From: Podarcis filfolensis | Taxonomy: Eukaryota | Length of the DNA: 64,000 nucleotides | Strand: one strand, 5' to 3' | Assembly (NCBI GenBank): GCA_964270895.1 | Contig: OZ185436.1 | Shown: in pieces, positions 61,700-64,000 of the stretch | How the letters are laid out: the number at the start of each line of letters is the position of its first letter | Numbering within the stretch: position 1 is the first letter of the stretch | Made by a program: the position numbers and the translations under genes | The notes under the pieces: generated by a model | The model's database searches: none | Told to the model about the DNA's origin: nothing | Seen by the model: the letters and a program-made list of their open reading frames with translations, nothing else

Positions 61700-63189
61700 C
61701 TGAGAAGATGACACATATTTTATCTCTGAGGAAGAAGAGAAGTATAGATATGCAAGGAAGACGGATGGTGCAGTTTACAATCCACACATAATGGAGCAAG
61801 GATTTGTGTTGCTTTCTTTGTTTTATTTTACCCCACATGCATCACCACCCATGCTTTGGACAAACGCAAAAAAGAGGAACCATATACTTAATTTTGTTAT
61901 TCTAGAACTCAAATTCTAGAGCTCAAAGGCAAGGCTAGAGAACTACAAAAGTACTTCACTGCTTAGACAACAACAAAAATTTGAGTACATACAAGAAGAG
62001 AGTATGGTTGATTAGTCAAGTTTTGACAGAAATAAGAGTACTCAAAAAGGTGGAATCTAATTTGGACATGATCCAGCTAAAGTTATGCATTTCCCCCACT
62101 GTGGATATAAGCTGAAGATGCTTAATTTGCAGAATAAGAGGGGACTAAAATGCTTTGACTAAGTTATGTCAACTTTTTTTTTACAATCCTTTTGGCACAA
62201 ATATATGTTGGCTTCCCCACCTCCCCATTTTGTAATTGAGCACATTATGTTACTGCTCATATACTCATAATACACTGTTTGACTCATTTTTCCTGCTAAC
62301 AAACCAAGGCCACCTGTCCCTTCATTCTTTCAGCCATTCTCATTTCCCCTTTTAAAGTTGGGTACCATATTTTCTTGCTTTGGACTATTATAACTGTCCC
62401 CAGCCTTCCTGGCTCAAGATGATCTTCCTCTTGTTTCTATGTGCATCCAGAAAACAGCAACTAAATTTTTATTAGGCATTTTAAATACTGATTGTACTTT
62501 ACAATCATTTGGGGTGGGTGGGTGTGTAAGCTATTTCACCATCAGCAGGTTTAGAACAGGAAATGAAGGGTTGTCTATTAATTAGATAAATCATGTAAGG
62601 AATGGCTTTTGAGAGATATCATAGCAACTACACAGTATTTTGACATGCAGAAAACATGTCTTCTTTTGTATTTTCCATTGTCTAAGTCAGTGGTTTCAAA
62701 TTTTCTGTTTTCAAGAAACTCTTCACTGATTTGTCCAACAGAAAGCACTGTCTTAAAGAGGACTCAGTGCATATTTTAGGCTATACACAAAGTTCACATG
62801 GGACATGGCCGAGCCTCCTGTGCCTCACTGTTGCCCTTCTTGAACCAAGTGCTCAACTAAAAACACACCAAAACACACAGGTACATAAGGCAGAAGATTG
62901 GTAATAATAGACAAGATATTTAAGAAAAGCTTATCTGCCATTACTGACCTCCTCAGTGGAGAATACAATGTGACATATATTGCTCTAAGCCTACACCTTT
63001 CCCCCGCCCCCCTTGATACTGTGTTTTTATATTTTTGGCATGTTTTATTGGTGGCTCCTTATTTTGTACTGCTATTATGATTTCCTTTAAAATGAAACCT
63101 ATACAAAGGAAAGAGGAAGGCCTCCATTTTTAATCTCTCAGTTCTAGAAATCTTGGTACACAAACATTTGAAAAAAAATTGTTCTAGAT

Positions 63190-63325
63190 CAGCCATAGGC
63201 AAACTCCAGCCCTCCAGATGTTTGGGATGACTATTCCCATAATCCCTAGCTAACAGGACCAGTGGTCAGGGATGATGTGAATTGTAGTCCCAAACATCTG
63301 GAGGGCCGGAGTTTGCCTATGCCTG
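63190..63325. mobile_element. Palindromic hAT-type MITE (same family)
   Basis: Same body; perfect 8-bp TSD TTCTAGAT. Confidence 0.9.
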
Positions 63326-63958
63326 TTCTAGATAGGCACTAAGTAATACCATGGGGTGGGGAAATAAGAACAGCCACAGCGGCAAACTTCGGTCCATGCA
63401 CATGTAGGGTTTTCAGAAGTTTTTAATTCCATAACTTTATCTAACAATCTTTGGCAGAGGGATCATTCAGTCCAGCAAATTCAAAGGATAGTCTTGGGCA
63501 AGTCACTCACTCTTGGCCCCAGTTCCCCAGCTGCAAAATGGGAGGTATAGCATCATCTTGCATAAGGTTGTAGTGAGAACAAGGAAGGGTCACATCTGAT
63601 ATTGCCATATTGTCCATCAGAGTGCACCTGCAAGTCACAAAAGGGAATGACAAAAAAAGGCATCAGAGGGACTTCTGCCATGTCTCCTTGTGAACTGAAG
63701 ATGGGTAAAAGTCCTTCTGCTGCTCCAATTCTTATCAAAGGAGTGGCTTGAGGATGCACTCCTATGAATAGAAACAGTTGCTAGCACTGGAAGGGGTCCT
63801 GAGAAAATACTCCATAAAGCCATGGTGCATGCAAAAAGTGCTATAGAAATTTAGAATCCATGAAATGCTTTTTAAAAACAATGGCTTGTAACAGCTATAA
63901 TTTAAAAGCATAAGATATACTGCAATGCATCACTACCCTGATTAAGAGCAACACTCAC

Positions 63959-64000
63959 CAGTGGGCATATATTCCCACCAGCGGCCTGCGCAGAGATCCA
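63959..64000 (-). CDS. FBXO38: FBXO38 exon 3, 3' part (truncated by the window edge): DLCAGRWWEYMPT
   Basis: Matches human VDLCAGRWWEYMPSG; GTGAGT donor at 63958-63953. The F-box exons lie beyond the window. Confidence 0.93.

Overview
Vertebrate nuclear DNA, almost certainly a lacertid lizard: it carries a young Podarcis-type Sauria SINE plus typical squamate SINE, L2, L1 and MITE families. There are no prokaryotic features. Two genes converge tail-to-tail, as in the mammalian HTR4-FBXO38 synteny. (1) On + is the 3' end of serotonin receptor HTR4: last intron(s) plus the terminal 5-HT4(a) exon at 19386-19473, ending ...HNDPESQESCF*. (2) On - is FBXO38, with 20 coding exons mapped from the stop at 32553 to a truncated exon at the window edge; all introns are GT-AG and the phases join into one open frame. 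The rest is AT-rich intron/intergenic DNA with MITEs, SINEs, LINE fragments, a solo LTR and microsatellites; most short ORFs in the track are noise. The best unexplained signals are inferences about RNA processing. FBXO38 intron 15 has an exon ending in a strong-Kozak ATG in frame with exon 16 (a candidate F-box-less 307-aa isoform), and further frame-breaking cassette exons lie in introns 15 and 19. The 5-HT4(a) stop is a leaky-type UGA-CUA followed by 86 open codons. Two candidate alternative HTR4 C-terminal micro-exons also lie upstream. All of this was read by eye; no searches, folding or splice-site scoring were run. Exon numbers follow my recollection of the human gene.
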